A stretch of 45,152 bases of DNA from NCBI GenBank assembly GCA_052390515.1, contig JBQTGV010000008.1, positions 1-45,152 on the forward strand, given 5' to 3'. The notes below the pieces were generated by a model. The model did not search any database. It saw nothing but the letters and a program-made list of their open reading frames with translations, and had not been told where the DNA came from. Shown here piece by piece: positions 26,637-36,219 of the stretch (its first letter is position 1; every line of letters begins with the position of its first letter). Source of the stretch: Candidatus Eiseniibacteriota bacterium (lineage in GTDB: Bacteria; ARS69). A program made the translations under genes and the position numbers.

Positions 26637-29600
26637 ATGGATCGGATTCTCGCCTTCTCCGTGCGGCAGCGCTGGCTGGTGCTGCTCGCGACGTTCGCCA
26701 TGGCCGCTCTCGGAGCTTTCAACTTCGCCCGTCTCCCGATCGACGCGGTCCCGGACATCACCAACGTCCAGGTGCAGATCAACACCGCGGTGCAGGCTCT
26801 CTCGCCGGTCGAGATCGAGAAGCGCATCACCTTCCCGATCGAGTGGGCCATGGGAGGGATCCCCGGCGTGGAGCAGGTCCGCTCCCTCTCTCGATACGGG
26901 CTCTCGCAGGTGACGGTCATCTTCGAGGACGGGACCGACATCTACTTCGCGCGCCAGCTGGTGAACCAGAGGCTGCAGGAGGCGCGCGAGAGCCTGCCCA
27001 TGGGGCTCGCGGAACCGATCATGGGACCCATTTCCACCGGGCTCGGCGAGATCTACATGTGGACGGTGGAGAGCGAGCCGGATGCCCGCAAGCCGGACGG
27101 AGAGCCGTACACGCTGAGCGACCTGCGCGCGATCCAGGACTGGATCGTCCGGCCCCAGGTGCGGACCGTGCCCGGCGTCACCGAGGTGAACTCCATCGGC
27201 GGACACGAGAAGCAGTACCACGTGACGCCCGATCCGGCGAAGCTCCTCGCCCACGGTCTGACCTTCCGCGACGTCTTCGAGGCCCTGGCGGCGAACAACG
27301 CGAACGCCGGCGGCGGCTACATCGAGCACTTCGACGAGCAGTACCTCGTCCGTGCGATCGGTCTGGTGCGGACGCTGGGCGACATCGAGAACATCGTCCT
27401 GGGATCGCGGGACGGAGCGCCGCTTCGGGTGCGTGACGTCGCCGCCGTGGGCGTCGGAAAGGAGCTGCGCACCGGCGCCGGAACGGACCGCGGCCGGGAG
27501 GCGGTCATCGGCACCGCCATCATGCTCCTGGGAGAGAACTCCCGCACTGTCTCCCGCCGCGTCGCGGAGAAGATGGAGGAGGTGAACCGCTCGCTGCCGG
27601 ACGGGGTGCGCGTGCGCTCGCTGTACGACCGCACGTACCTCGTGGATGCCACGCTGCAAACCGTCCAGAGGAACCTGTCCGAGGGGGCGCTGTTCGTCGT
27701 GATCGTGCTGTTCCTGCTCCTGGGGAACCTGCGCGCCGCGCTCATCGTCACTCTGGCTATACCTCTGGCCATGCTCTTCGCCATCAGCGGGATGGTCCAG
27801 CGCGGCATCAGCGGAAACCTCATGAGCCTCGGGGCGATCGACTTCGGGATCATCGTCGACGGCGCTGTGGTGATGGTCGAGAACATCGTCCGTCGATTCG
27901 CCCACCGCCAGCGGGAGGCAGGCCGCCTGTTGACCCGGGAGGAGAGGCTGGAGGAGGCGTACGAGAGCGCCAGGGAAGTCGCGCGGCCGACGCTCTTCGG
28001 CGTGGCCATCATCATGATCGTCTACCTCCCGATCCTCACGCTCTCCGGCATCGAGGGGAAGATGTTCCGCCCGATGGCCGCGGTCGTGCTCCTGGCGCTG
28101 GGCGGCGCGCTGGTGCTGACCTTCACGTTCGTGCCCGCGGCGGTCGCCGTGCTGCTGCGCGGCCGTGTCGCGGAGGAGGAGAACATCGTGTTGCGCGCCG
28201 CGAAGCGGATCTACCGGCCCACGCTGGAGCACGCCATCCGCTTCCGCTGGCCGGTCGTGGCCGGCGCGGTCGGCTTCATGGCCCTGTGCGCCCTGCTCGC
28301 GTCCCGCCTGGGAAGCGAGTTCGTGCCCAAGCTCGGCGAAGGAGCCCTCGCCATCCAGCCGGCGCGGATTCCCTCGGTGAGCCTGACGCGCAGCGTCGCC
28401 ATGCAGGGCCAGGTGGAGGACCTCTTGAGGAACGAGTTCCCCGACGAGGTTTCCGACGTCTTCGCGCGAACGGGAACGGCCGAGATCGCCACCGACCCCA
28501 TGGGTCCGAACGTCTCTGACACGTACGTCATGCTGCACCCGCGCGAGCGATGGACGAAGGCGGACAGCCAGCAAGAGCTCGCCGAAGCGATGGAGGAGGC
28601 GCTGCAGAAGCTGGCCGGTCAGAACTTCGAGATCAGTCAGCCGATCGAGCTGCGCTTCAACGAGCTGATCGCCGGGGTGCGCAGCGACCTCGCCGTGAAG
28701 GTGTTCGGAGACGATCTGGAGCTCATGGAGGGTGCGGCGAACCGTATCGCCGTGGTGCTCTCCTCCATCCGCGGGTCCGCGGACGTGAAGGTGGAACAGG
28801 CCAGCGGGCTGCCGGTGCTCACGATCGACGTCGACCGCGAGACCATCGCCCGCTACGGGCTCAACGTCGCCGACGTCCAGCAGGTGATCGAGACCGCGGT
28901 CGGCGGGAGCACGGTCGGCGAAGTGTTCGACGGCGACCAGCGATTCGACCTGCTCGTCCGGCTCCCCGACGAGATCCGCCGCGACATCCACGCCCTGGAT
29001 GATCTCGCCATTCCTCTGCCGCCGCAGGAGAGGACCGCGGGAGCGGCGGGTGGTGCGGCCCTCGCGCAGGAGGACGACCATCCCGCGTACGTCCCGCTGG
29101 GGACGCTGGCGGACATCCGCCTGGAGGAGGGGCCCAACCAGGTGAGCCGCGAGGACGGCAAGCGGCGTGTCGTGGTGCAGGCCAACGTGCGTGGCCGCGA
29201 CCTCGGCTCCTTCGTGGCCGAGGCCCAGGAGCGGGTCGGCGCCGAGGTCGATCTTCCGGCGGGCTACTGGCTGCGCTGGGGCGGCCAGTACGACAACCTC
29301 ATCGCCGCGAAGAACCGGCTCCTGTTCGTCGTCCCGGCCGCGCTGCTGCTCATCTTCGCGCTGCTGTTCGCCACGTTCGGCTCTGCCGGGCAGGCGCTGC
29401 TGGTCTTCACCGGCGTGCCTCTCGCTCTCACCGGTGGAGTCGTCGCGCTGTGGCTGCGCGCGCTGCCGCTGTCCATCTCCGCCGGGATCGGCTTCATCGC
29501 GCTGTCGGGAGTCGCCGTATTGAACGGGCTGGTGATGGTGACGTTCATCAATTCTCTCCGCGCCCGCGGGCTTCCGCTGGAAGCGGCGATCCGCGAGGGC

Positions 29601-29813
29601 TCGCTCACCCGGCTACGCCCCGTGCTCATGACCGCGCTCGTGGCCAGCCTTGGGTTCGTGCCGATGGCCGTGGCGCACGGCACGGGCGCGGACGTGCAGC
29701 GGCCCCTCGCCACGGTGGTGATCGGCGGCATCGTCTCGTCGACGCTGCTGACGCTCGTCGTGTTGCCGGCCCTGTACCGGATCTTCCACCCCGGCGAAGC
29801 TCGGCCATCGTGA
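26637..29813 (+). CDS. czcA: CusA/CzcA family heavy-metal efflux RND transporter
   Basis: AGGAGG RBS; LPIDAVPDITNVQVQINT, GAIDFGIIVDGAVVMVEN (CzcA-type TM4) and RLRPVLMTALVASLGF. Confidence 0.95.
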   Translation: MDRILAFSVRQRWLVLLATFAMAALGAFNFARLPIDAVPDITNVQVQINTAVQALSPVEIEKRITFPIEWAMGGIPGVEQVRSLSRYGLSQVTVIFEDGTDIYFARQLVNQRLQEARESLPMGLAEPIMGPISTGLGEIYMWTVESEPDARKPDGEPYTLSDLRAIQDWIVRPQVRTVPGVTEVNSIGGHEKQYHVTPDPAKLLAHGLTFRDVFEALAANNANAGGGYIEHFDEQYLVRAIGLVRTLGDIENIVLGSRDGAPLRVRDVAAVGVGKELRTGAGTDRGREAVIGTAIMLLGENSRTVSRRVAEKMEEVNRSLPDGVRVRSLYDRTYLVDATLQTVQRNLSEGALFVVIVLFLLLGNLRAALIVTLAIPLAMLFAISGMVQRGISGNLMSLGAIDFGIIVDGAVVMVENIVRRFAHRQREAGRLLTREERLEEAYESAREVARPTLFGVAIIMIVYLPILTLSGIEGKMFRPMAAVVLLALGGALVLTFTFVPAAVAVLLRGRVAEEENIVLRAAKRIYRPTLEHAIRFRWPVVAGAVGFMALCALLASRLGSEFVPKLGEGALAIQPARIPSVSLTRSVAMQGQVEDLLRNEFPDEVSDVFARTGTAEIATDPMGPNVSDTYVMLHPRERWTKADSQQELAEAMEEALQKLAGQNFEISQPIELRFNELIAGVRSDLAVKVFGDDLELMEGAANRIAVVLSSIRGSADVKVEQASGLPVLTIDVDRETIARYGLNVADVQQVIETAVGGSTVGEVFDGDQRFDLLVRLPDEIRRDIHALDDLAIPLPPQERTAGAAGGAALAQEDDHPAYVPLGTLADIRLEEGPNQVSREDGKRRVVVQANVRGRDLGSFVAEAQERVGAEVDLPAGYWLRWGGQYDNLIAAKNRLLFVVPAALLLIFALLFATFGSAGQALLVFTGVPLALTGGVVALWLRALPLSISAGIGFIALSGVAVLNGLVMVTFINSLRARGLPLEAAIREGSLTRLRPVLMTALVASLGFVPMAVAHGTGADVQRPLATVVIGGIVSSTLLTLVVLPALYRIFHPGEARPS

Positions 29814-29835
29814 GCGTTCCCGGCGATACGGAACG

Positions 29836-30951
29836 CTAGCCGTCCGCCGGAGCTGTGCGCGCGAGCTCCCGCGCGAAGACGTCCTCCAGCTCGGCCAGCC
29901 TCCGCTCGAAGTCGAACTCGACTTGCGCCTTCTCCCGGCCCGCCGCACCGTGACGCGCGCGCAGGTCCGGGTCGGCCAGGTAGCGCGCCACGGCCCGTTC
30001 CATCGCGGAGCCGTCGCCGGGAGGGAACAGCAGTCCGGTCCGCCCGTCGTCGACGAGCTCGGGCAGGCTGCTCGCGTCCGTCGCCACGACCGGCACGCCC
30101 GCGGCCATCGCCTCCGCGACCGCGTAACCGAAGCCCTCGACGCGCGCGGGATGCACGAGCACGTCCGCCGCGGCGAGGAGGTCGGGCACGTCGTCGCGGA
30201 AGCCGAGGATTCGCACCGCGGCGGATACGCCGAGCGCCGCGGCTCGCCCGCGCAGGCGCACTTCCTCCCGGCCGGCGCCGGCGAGCAGGATCACGAGACC
30301 GGGAAAGCTGGCGGACAACGCCGGCACGCGCTCGACGAGCAGCATCGCATCCTTGCGCCCGGTGAGCTCACCGACGACGAGGAGGACCGGCGCGGCCGCG
30401 GGAATGCCGAGCTTGCGCCGCGCTTCGGCCCGCGGGCGCAGGTTCTCGAAGCGCGTCAGGTCCACCCCGTTGGGAAGCACGTGCACGGTGCCGGCCGGCC
30501 GCCAGTCGATGCCGCGGCAGAGCGTCCCCGCCGTAGCGCGGGAGTTCACCAGGACGCCGGTGGCGACGCGGCGCCAGGTGAATCGGTAGAGCGCGCCGCC
30601 CTTGAGGGCGAACTCGCTGCCGCGGCGCGGCAGGATCACCGGAACTCCGGCGAGCTTCGCGGCGAGCCCGCCGACGCGCAGCACCCGGTCCATGTTGAGG
30701 CACATCACCTGGACCCGGCGGGCGCGGCAGTGCCGGTGCACGCGGGCGAAGGATACGACGTCGGCGTCGGCGAGGAACGGACAGCCCACCACCGGGATGC
30801 GGCTGGCGCGCGCACGGTGCGCGATCGCCGACCGATCCGGCGCGGCGAGCGTCACCTCGTGCCCGCGCCGCGCGAGACCGCGTGCCGAGCCGAGCATCCA
30901 CTCCTCGCCGCCGCCCCAGGTGCGGATGCTCGTCGCGAAGAGGATGCGCAT
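29836..30951 (-). CDS. Glycosyltransferase family 4 (GT-B)
   Basis: WGGGE, PNGVD, LGFRDDVPDLL and EGFGYAVAEAMAAGVPVVAT motifs. Confidence 0.9.
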   Translation of the reverse strand: MRILFATSIRTWGGGEEWMLGSARGLARRGHEVTLAAPDRSAIAHRARASRIPVVGCPFLADADVVSFARVHRHCRARRVQVMCLNMDRVLRVGGLAAKLAGVPVILPRRGSEFALKGGALYRFTWRRVATGVLVNSRATAGTLCRGIDWRPAGTVHVLPNGVDLTRFENLRPRAEARRKLGIPAAAPVLLVVGELTGRKDAMLLVERVPALSASFPGLVILLAGAGREEVRLRGRAAALGVSAAVRILGFRDDVPDLLAAADVLVHPARVEGFGYAVAEAMAAGVPVVATDASSLPELVDDGRTGLLFPPGDGSAMERAVARYLADPDLRARHGAAGREKAQVEFDFERRLAELEDVFARELARTAPADG

Positions 30952-30999
30952 CGCCGCCTTTCTGCTCGTGCCCGCGTGTGCCGCGGGTATCATGGTCGC

Positions 31000-31617
31000 A
31001 TGGCGCGGCCGCTCCTGCACGTCCTCACCGATCGCCTGCTGGCTCGCGGGATCCCGCCGGAGGATTTCGCGCGCGCCGCGGCCGCGGGGGGAGCGGACTT
31101 CGTGCAGCTCCGGGACAAAAGCGCGGCCGACTCCGAGCTGGTGATCGCCGCCGCCGCGATGCTCGCCGCAGTGCGCGCCGAGGGGACCCGCCTGGTCATC
31201 GACGACCGCCTGGACGTCGCTGTGCGCGCCCGGGCCGACGGATTGCACGTCGGTCCCGAGGATCTTCCGGTGATCGAGGCACGGCGCCTGTGGCGCGGAG
31301 TGCTCGGTGCCTCCTGCAGGACCGTGGCGATAGCGCGCGCCGCCGAGGAGGCCGGCGCCGACTATCTCGGCGTGGGGCCGGTGTTCGCCTCGACCTCCAA
31401 GCCGGGCCTGCCGCCCGCCATCGGGCTCGAGGCGCTGGCTGCCGTCGCCCGGGCCGTGCGCATTCCGGTCATCGGCATCGGTGGGATCGACGCCGGCAAT
31501 GCGCCGAGCGTGATCCGCGCCGGCGCCGCGGGGGTGGCGGTCCTCTCCGCGGTCTCCGCCGGCAGGGACCCGGTGGCGGCCGTGCGGGAGCTGCGGGAAG
31601 CAATCGACTCGGTCTGA
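31000..31617 (+). CDS. thiE: Thiamine-phosphate synthase
   Basis: VQLRDK, IDDRLDVA, ADGLHVG, ADYLGVGPVFASTSK and IGGI motifs. Confidence 0.93.
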   Translation: MARPLLHVLTDRLLARGIPPEDFARAAAAGGADFVQLRDKSAADSELVIAAAAMLAAVRAEGTRLVIDDRLDVAVRARADGLHVGPEDLPVIEARRLWRGVLGASCRTVAIARAAEEAGADYLGVGPVFASTSKPGLPPAIGLEALAAVARAVRIPVIGIGGIDAGNAPSVIRAGAAGVAVLSAVSAGRDPVAAVRELREAIDSV

Positions 31618-31639
31618 CCCCCGCTGCTAGGATCCGCGC

Positions 31640-33265
31640 GTGCGCCCGTCACTCCGCGTTCTGCTGCTTGCGCCCGCCCTCGCGTCCTGTCAAGGCGCGG
31701 CCGGCGACCTCGGGGACGACGCCTCCGGTGAACCCGTGGACGGGGGCACGGTCGTGATCGGGGTCATCTCCGACGTCGACAACCTCCTGGACGTGACCTC
31801 CACGACGGCGGCGGCCCAGGAGATCATCGATCAGATGTTCCTCTCGCTCGTGGACGTTCGCGAGGACCTCCTGTCCTTCGACCCGGCGCTCGCCCGGAGC
31901 TGGGAGACCGGGGAGGACGGGAGGTCGGTGACGTTCCACCTCGCGCCGGAGGCCCGCTGGCACGACGGGCATCCGGTCACGGCGAGAGACGTCGCGTTCA
32001 CCCACGAGCTGCATGTGGATCCCGCGGTCGGCTACGCGGCGCGCTCGTGGAAGGACTTCGTCACCGAAGTCGTCGTGGTGGACGACCACACCGTGACGTT
32101 CCGGTTCGACCGCGTTTATCCCTACCAGATCATGGATGCTTCGGTCGGCGCCGTCCTACCGGAGCACCTGCTCCGCGACGTGCCCCGGACGGACCTGGCC
32201 AGCAGCGCGTTCGCGCGGAACCCGGTCGGGAACGGCCCGTTCCGCTTCTCCCGGTGGGAGATGCAGCAGAGCATCGAGCTCGTGGCCCACGAGGGGTTCT
32301 TCCTGGGACGGCCGCATCTCGACCGGGTCGTGTTCCGCGTGGTGCCGGACAAGACGAGCCTGCTCACCCAGCTCGAGACCGGCGAGATCGACGTGATGGA
32401 GGACGTGCCCCCGCACGAGGTCGCCCGGCTGGAACAGCTGGGGGCCAAGCTGCGCGTCGAGCGCTTCCTCGGGCGTACCTACACGTACATCGGCTGGGAC
32501 TCGACGAATCCGCTCTTCGCGTCCGCACGCGTGCGCCGCGCGCTGGGCATGGCCATCGACCGGCAGGGCATCATCGACGCGCTGTGCTACGGTCACGCGC
32601 GGCCCTGTCTCGGTCCGATCCATCCCATCCTGTGGGCGTATCACGACGGACTCGAGCCCGTGCCCTTCGATCCCGATGGAGCGCGCACCCTCCTCGCCGA
32701 GGAAGGCTGGAGCGACAGCGACGGCGACGGAGTCCTGGACCGGAACGGCGTTCCCTTCGAGTTCGAGCTGAAGACCAACCTCGGCAACCAGGTGCGCATG
32801 GACGCGAGCGTCATGATCCAGAGCCAGCTCGAGAGGATCGGCGTCCGCGTCTCGCCGCGCAGCTACGAGTGGACCGTGCTGTGGGACTCCGTCATCCGTC
32901 ACTCCTACGGGACCGCGGTGCTGGTGGGCTGGAACGTCGGACTCAAGGTGGACCTCAAGTCGATGTTCCATTCCGAGTCGCGCTCGGAGAAGTACAACCA
33001 CACCGGCTACGCGAATCCGCAGGTCGACGAGCTGATCGATCGGGCGCTCTCCGCCGAGACGCTCGAGGAGGCCGGCCCGATGTGGAAGCGGGTGCAGGAG
33101 CTGATCGTCCAGGACCAGCCGTACACGTTTCTCTTCATCCTGGACCGGATCTACGGAGTGAACGAGCGAGTGCGCGGAACGGTGCCGGACACCCGGGGTT
33201 ACTATCGCAACCTCTCCGACTGGTGGATTCCGGCCTCCCGGCAGCGCTCGGGGGTCGGTACCTGA
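31640..33265 (+). CDS. ABC transporter family-5 (OppA/AppA-like) substrate-binding lipoprotein
   Basis: Lipobox LASC; ARSWE...WHDGHPVTA.DV.FT, PVGNGPF and VRRALGMAIDR motifs. Confidence 0.9.
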   Translation: MRPSLRVLLLAPALASCQGAAGDLGDDASGEPVDGGTVVIGVISDVDNLLDVTSTTAAAQEIIDQMFLSLVDVREDLLSFDPALARSWETGEDGRSVTFHLAPEARWHDGHPVTARDVAFTHELHVDPAVGYAARSWKDFVTEVVVVDDHTVTFRFDRVYPYQIMDASVGAVLPEHLLRDVPRTDLASSAFARNPVGNGPFRFSRWEMQQSIELVAHEGFFLGRPHLDRVVFRVVPDKTSLLTQLETGEIDVMEDVPPHEVARLEQLGAKLRVERFLGRTYTYIGWDSTNPLFASARVRRALGMAIDRQGIIDALCYGHARPCLGPIHPILWAYHDGLEPVPFDPDGARTLLAEEGWSDSDGDGVLDRNGVPFEFELKTNLGNQVRMDASVMIQSQLERIGVRVSPRSYEWTVLWDSVIRHSYGTAVLVGWNVGLKVDLKSMFHSESRSEKYNHTGYANPQVDELIDRALSAETLEEAGPMWKRVQELIVQDQPYTFLFILDRIYGVNERVRGTVPDTRGYYRNLSDWWIPASRQRSGVGT

Positions 33266-33306
33266 CCGGCCGCCCTCCGCGCACGTACAGCCTGAACGGA
33301 GGAGTC

Positions 33307-34098
33307 ATGTTCGTGTCGAAGCGAAGAACCTGGTTGCTCGCCGCGTCCCTGCTCGTCGCCGGTGCCGGCGAGGCGCCCGCCCAGGGCGACGCCGGCGACG
33401 ACCTCGCGGCGCTCCGCTCCGAGATCGACGTCCTCGACGGGATGTTCCCGGCGTTCGCGTACTTCCCGTGGACCGAGGAGGAGGGCGAGGGTGCCGCGTT
33501 CCTCTACGGCGACACGAAGGGCGTCGTCCACCACTACGTTTCCGACGACGGGAGGCTGCGCGAGAAGTGGAAGAGCTTCCCGCTGGAGGGGACGGTGCGC
33601 AAACTCCTGGGCGAAGATCTCGACGGCGACGGCCAGCCGGAGATCATCGCCTACACCAGCGGGGCGCGCATCTACGTCTGGGACATCGAGAAGTACGAGC
33701 TCCTGTGGGAATCGGTGGAGCAGAAGTTCGAGGCCATCCAGGCGATGGTCGTGGACGACGTGGACCGGGATCCCGCGCAGGAGATCATCGTCTGCGCGGA
33801 CAACAAGATCGTGTACTACGACGGCGTCGAGTTCTTCCGCGAGAAGGAAGGGCGGGACTTCGTGGACCCGGCGGAGATGCTGGTCGCGGACGTCGACGGG
33901 GACTTGACCCTGGAGATCGTCACCAACGACGGATACGTGCTGGACACCAACACGCTGACGATCGAGTGGGCCACGGAGGCGTTCGGCCACCCCATCTCCC
34001 TCTTCGATCTGGACAACGACGGCGTGCTGGACGTGGTGGGCGAAGTCAGCGGCGCTCTCAAGTTCTGGGACATCGAGGAGCGTCGCGAGATCTGGTGA
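33307..34098 (+). CDS. Secreted FG-GAP/VCBS-like repeat protein
   Basis: GGAGG RBS; signal peptide; four DxDxD-type repeats (DLDGDGQPE, DVDRDPAQE, DVDGDLTLE, DLDNDGVLD). Confidence 0.78.
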   Translation: MFVSKRRTWLLAASLLVAGAGEAPAQGDAGDDLAALRSEIDVLDGMFPAFAYFPWTEEEGEGAAFLYGDTKGVVHHYVSDDGRLREKWKSFPLEGTVRKLLGEDLDGDGQPEIIAYTSGARIYVWDIEKYELLWESVEQKFEAIQAMVVDDVDRDPAQEIIVCADNKIVYYDGVEFFREKEGRDFVDPAEMLVADVDGDLTLEIVTNDGYVLDTNTLTIEWATEAFGHPISLFDLDNDGVLDVVGEVSGALKFWDIEERREIW

Positions 34099-34146
34099 GC
34101 CGCGCGGCCGTCGCATGCCGCTCGCGCGGGACTGATCCGCCGTCGC

Positions 34147-36219
34147 TCAGGCGAAGAGTTCGGGGAGCTCGGCTGCCGGGGCGAAGCGCGCGCCGTACCG
34201 TGCCGCGAGGCGTTCGAGGCGGCGGCGCACCTCCTCCTGTCCGAGGAAGCCCGCCCAGCGTGCGATTCCACCGCGGAAGGGCGGAAATCCGGAGCCGAGG
34301 ACCGTGGCCAGGTCGAGGTGATCGCGCTCGGCGGCGACGCGTTCCGCGAGACACCGTGCGGCCTCGTTGATCATCCCGGAGAGCAGCCGCTCGACGATCT
34401 CCTCGTCGCCTGGGGCGCTTCGGGGAGGCGGCAGGTCGGCGCGGTTCGGTCGCCGCTTTCCGTCTCGCAGGGTCCAGAATCCGCGGCCGGCCTTCGTGCC
34501 GAGGGCCCCGGCGCCGAGCAGCGTGTGCAGCAGGCCGGCCGGCCGGGCGCGTTCTCCGAACGCGGCCTCCAGAACGCCGGCCACCTTCGCGGCGACGTCG
34601 AGTCCCACCTCATCGAGCACCTGCAACGGCCCCATGGGCATCCCGAAGCGGACCAGCGCTCGGTCGACGGCCTCCGGAGGCCAGCCCTCCTCCACGGCGA
34701 GGGCCGCTTCGTTGAGGTAGGGAAGAAGGAGCCGGTTCACCAGGAAGCCCGGGCGGTCTCCCACGACGACGGGCGTCTTCTTGAGCCGGCGCACGAGACC
34801 GACAGCCCGGCCCAGCATCTCGGAGCGCGTCTCCGCGCCCGGGATGATCTCGACGAGCGGCATGCGGTGCACCGGATTGAAGAAGTGCATGCCGACGAGG
34901 CGCCCGGGGTCGTCGAGCCCGGCGGCGATGCTCGCCACCGGAAGCGACGACGTGTTGGTCGCCAGCATTGCGCTGCGCGGCACGCGTCCCTCGAGGTCGC
35001 GGAAGACGCGAATCTTGAGCTCGAGCACCTCCGGCACCGCCTCGATCACGACGTCGGCCCGTGCCAGGCCCGTGTCTCCGGTCGTGGGAGAGATGCGCGC
35101 GAGGACGGCGTCCCGTTCCCTCGGCGACAGCGAGCGGCGGCGGACGCGGCGCTCCAGCGGCGCCGCGGCGAAGACGAGCCCGACTCGCAGCGCCTCCGCG
35201 CCGACGTCCTTCAGGCGAACCGCGATGCCCGTCTCGGCCAGCGCACCGGCGATCCCGCCGCCCATGGTGCCGGCGCCGATGACCGCGGCGCGCGAGAACT
35301 CACGGTCCGGCGGAGACTCGGCGCCGGTCCAGGGATGCCGGGCGAGCGCTTCGGCGCCGCGGAACAGGAACAACAGATTCCTCGCCACCGGCGTCACCGC
35401 CAGCCGTCCGAACGCTTCCGACTCCGCGCGCATCGCCGCCTCGCGGGGCGCGCCGAACCCGGCCGTCACCCGCCGTACGATCTCGAAGGGAGCGGGGTAG
35501 TGTCCGCCGGACTCGCGGCGCACGGCGCGCCGCGTCACTGCGGCGAGAAGCATGCGTCCGGGCGGCGTGCGCCCGAGCAACGCGTCGCTGGCGCGCCGCG
35601 CGAGACTCCGCGGCCGAGGGGCGCCCGCGGACAGCGCCATCTCCCGGGCGACGCGCTCCAGCAGTTCGGGTGCGGTGAGCCTGTCGACGAGACCGAGAGC
35701 CAGCGCCTTGCGCGCGCGGACGCTCTTTCCGGAGAGCACCAGCGGGAGGGCCGCGGAGATCCCGACCGTGCGCGGCAGCCGCCACGTGCCGCCGAACCCC
35801 GGGAGGATTCCGAGCCGCACCTCGGGCAGCCCGAGCTGCACGGCGTCGTCGTCCGCAGCGACGCGCCGGCGAAACGCGAGCACGGTCTCGAGCCCTCCGC
35901 CGAGGCATGCCCCGTTGATCGCCGCGATCGTCGGGAACGGCAGATCCTCGATCCGGTCGAGCAGCTCCTGTCCGAGCCGCGACTTGGCCCGCGCCTCGTC
36001 CTCGCTCTCGAGCGCCGCGATAGCCGCGACGTCCGCTCCGGCGATGAACTGTCCGGGCTTCGCCGAAGCGAGCACGAGGCCTCGCGGCCGCTCCTTCTCG
36101 GCGCGGTCGACCACCTCGGTCATGGCCGCGAGCCACGCCTCGTCGATGAGGTTGACGCGCGATCCCGGGCGGTCGAGCCGCACGACGAGGACGTCGTCCT
36201 CGATGCACGCGTGGATCAC
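34147..36219 (-). CDS. fadJ: Fatty acid oxidation complex alpha subunit (enoyl-CoA hydratase/3-hydroxyacyl-CoA dehydrogenase, FadJ/FadB-like)
   Basis: FIAGAD, CLGGGLE, GLPEVRLGILPGFGGT, GAGTMG, TNTSSL, GMHFFNP and PGFLVNR motifs; GTGA overlap with the thiolase stop. Confidence 0.88.
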   Translation of the reverse strand: MIHACIEDDVLVVRLDRPGSRVNLIDEAWLAAMTEVVDRAEKERPRGLVLASAKPGQFIAGADVAAIAALESEDEARAKSRLGQELLDRIEDLPFPTIAAINGACLGGGLETVLAFRRRVAADDDAVQLGLPEVRLGILPGFGGTWRLPRTVGISAALPLVLSGKSVRARKALALGLVDRLTAPELLERVAREMALSAGAPRPRSLARRASDALLGRTPPGRMLLAAVTRRAVRRESGGHYPAPFEIVRRVTAGFGAPREAAMRAESEAFGRLAVTPVARNLLFLFRGAEALARHPWTGAESPPDREFSRAAVIGAGTMGGGIAGALAETGIAVRLKDVGAEALRVGLVFAAAPLERRVRRRSLSPRERDAVLARISPTTGDTGLARADVVIEAVPEVLELKIRVFRDLEGRVPRSAMLATNTSSLPVASIAAGLDDPGRLVGMHFFNPVHRMPLVEIIPGAETRSEMLGRAVGLVRRLKKTPVVVGDRPGFLVNRLLLPYLNEAALAVEEGWPPEAVDRALVRFGMPMGPLQVLDEVGLDVAAKVAGVLEAAFGERARPAGLLHTLLGAGALGTKAGRGFWTLRDGKRRPNRADLPPPRSAPGDEEIVERLLSGMINEAARCLAERVAAERDHLDLATVLGSGFPPFRGGIARWAGFLGQEEVRRRLERLAARYGARFAPAAELPELFA

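Noticed and set aside
23860-29813. czc locus as a mobile metal-resistance island
   Set aside because: No integrase, transposase, tRNA or flanking repeats, and the composition looks like the surrounding DNA.
30952-30999. TPP riboswitch upstream of thiE
   Set aside because: The intergenic gap is only 48 bp and lacks the CTGAGA core.
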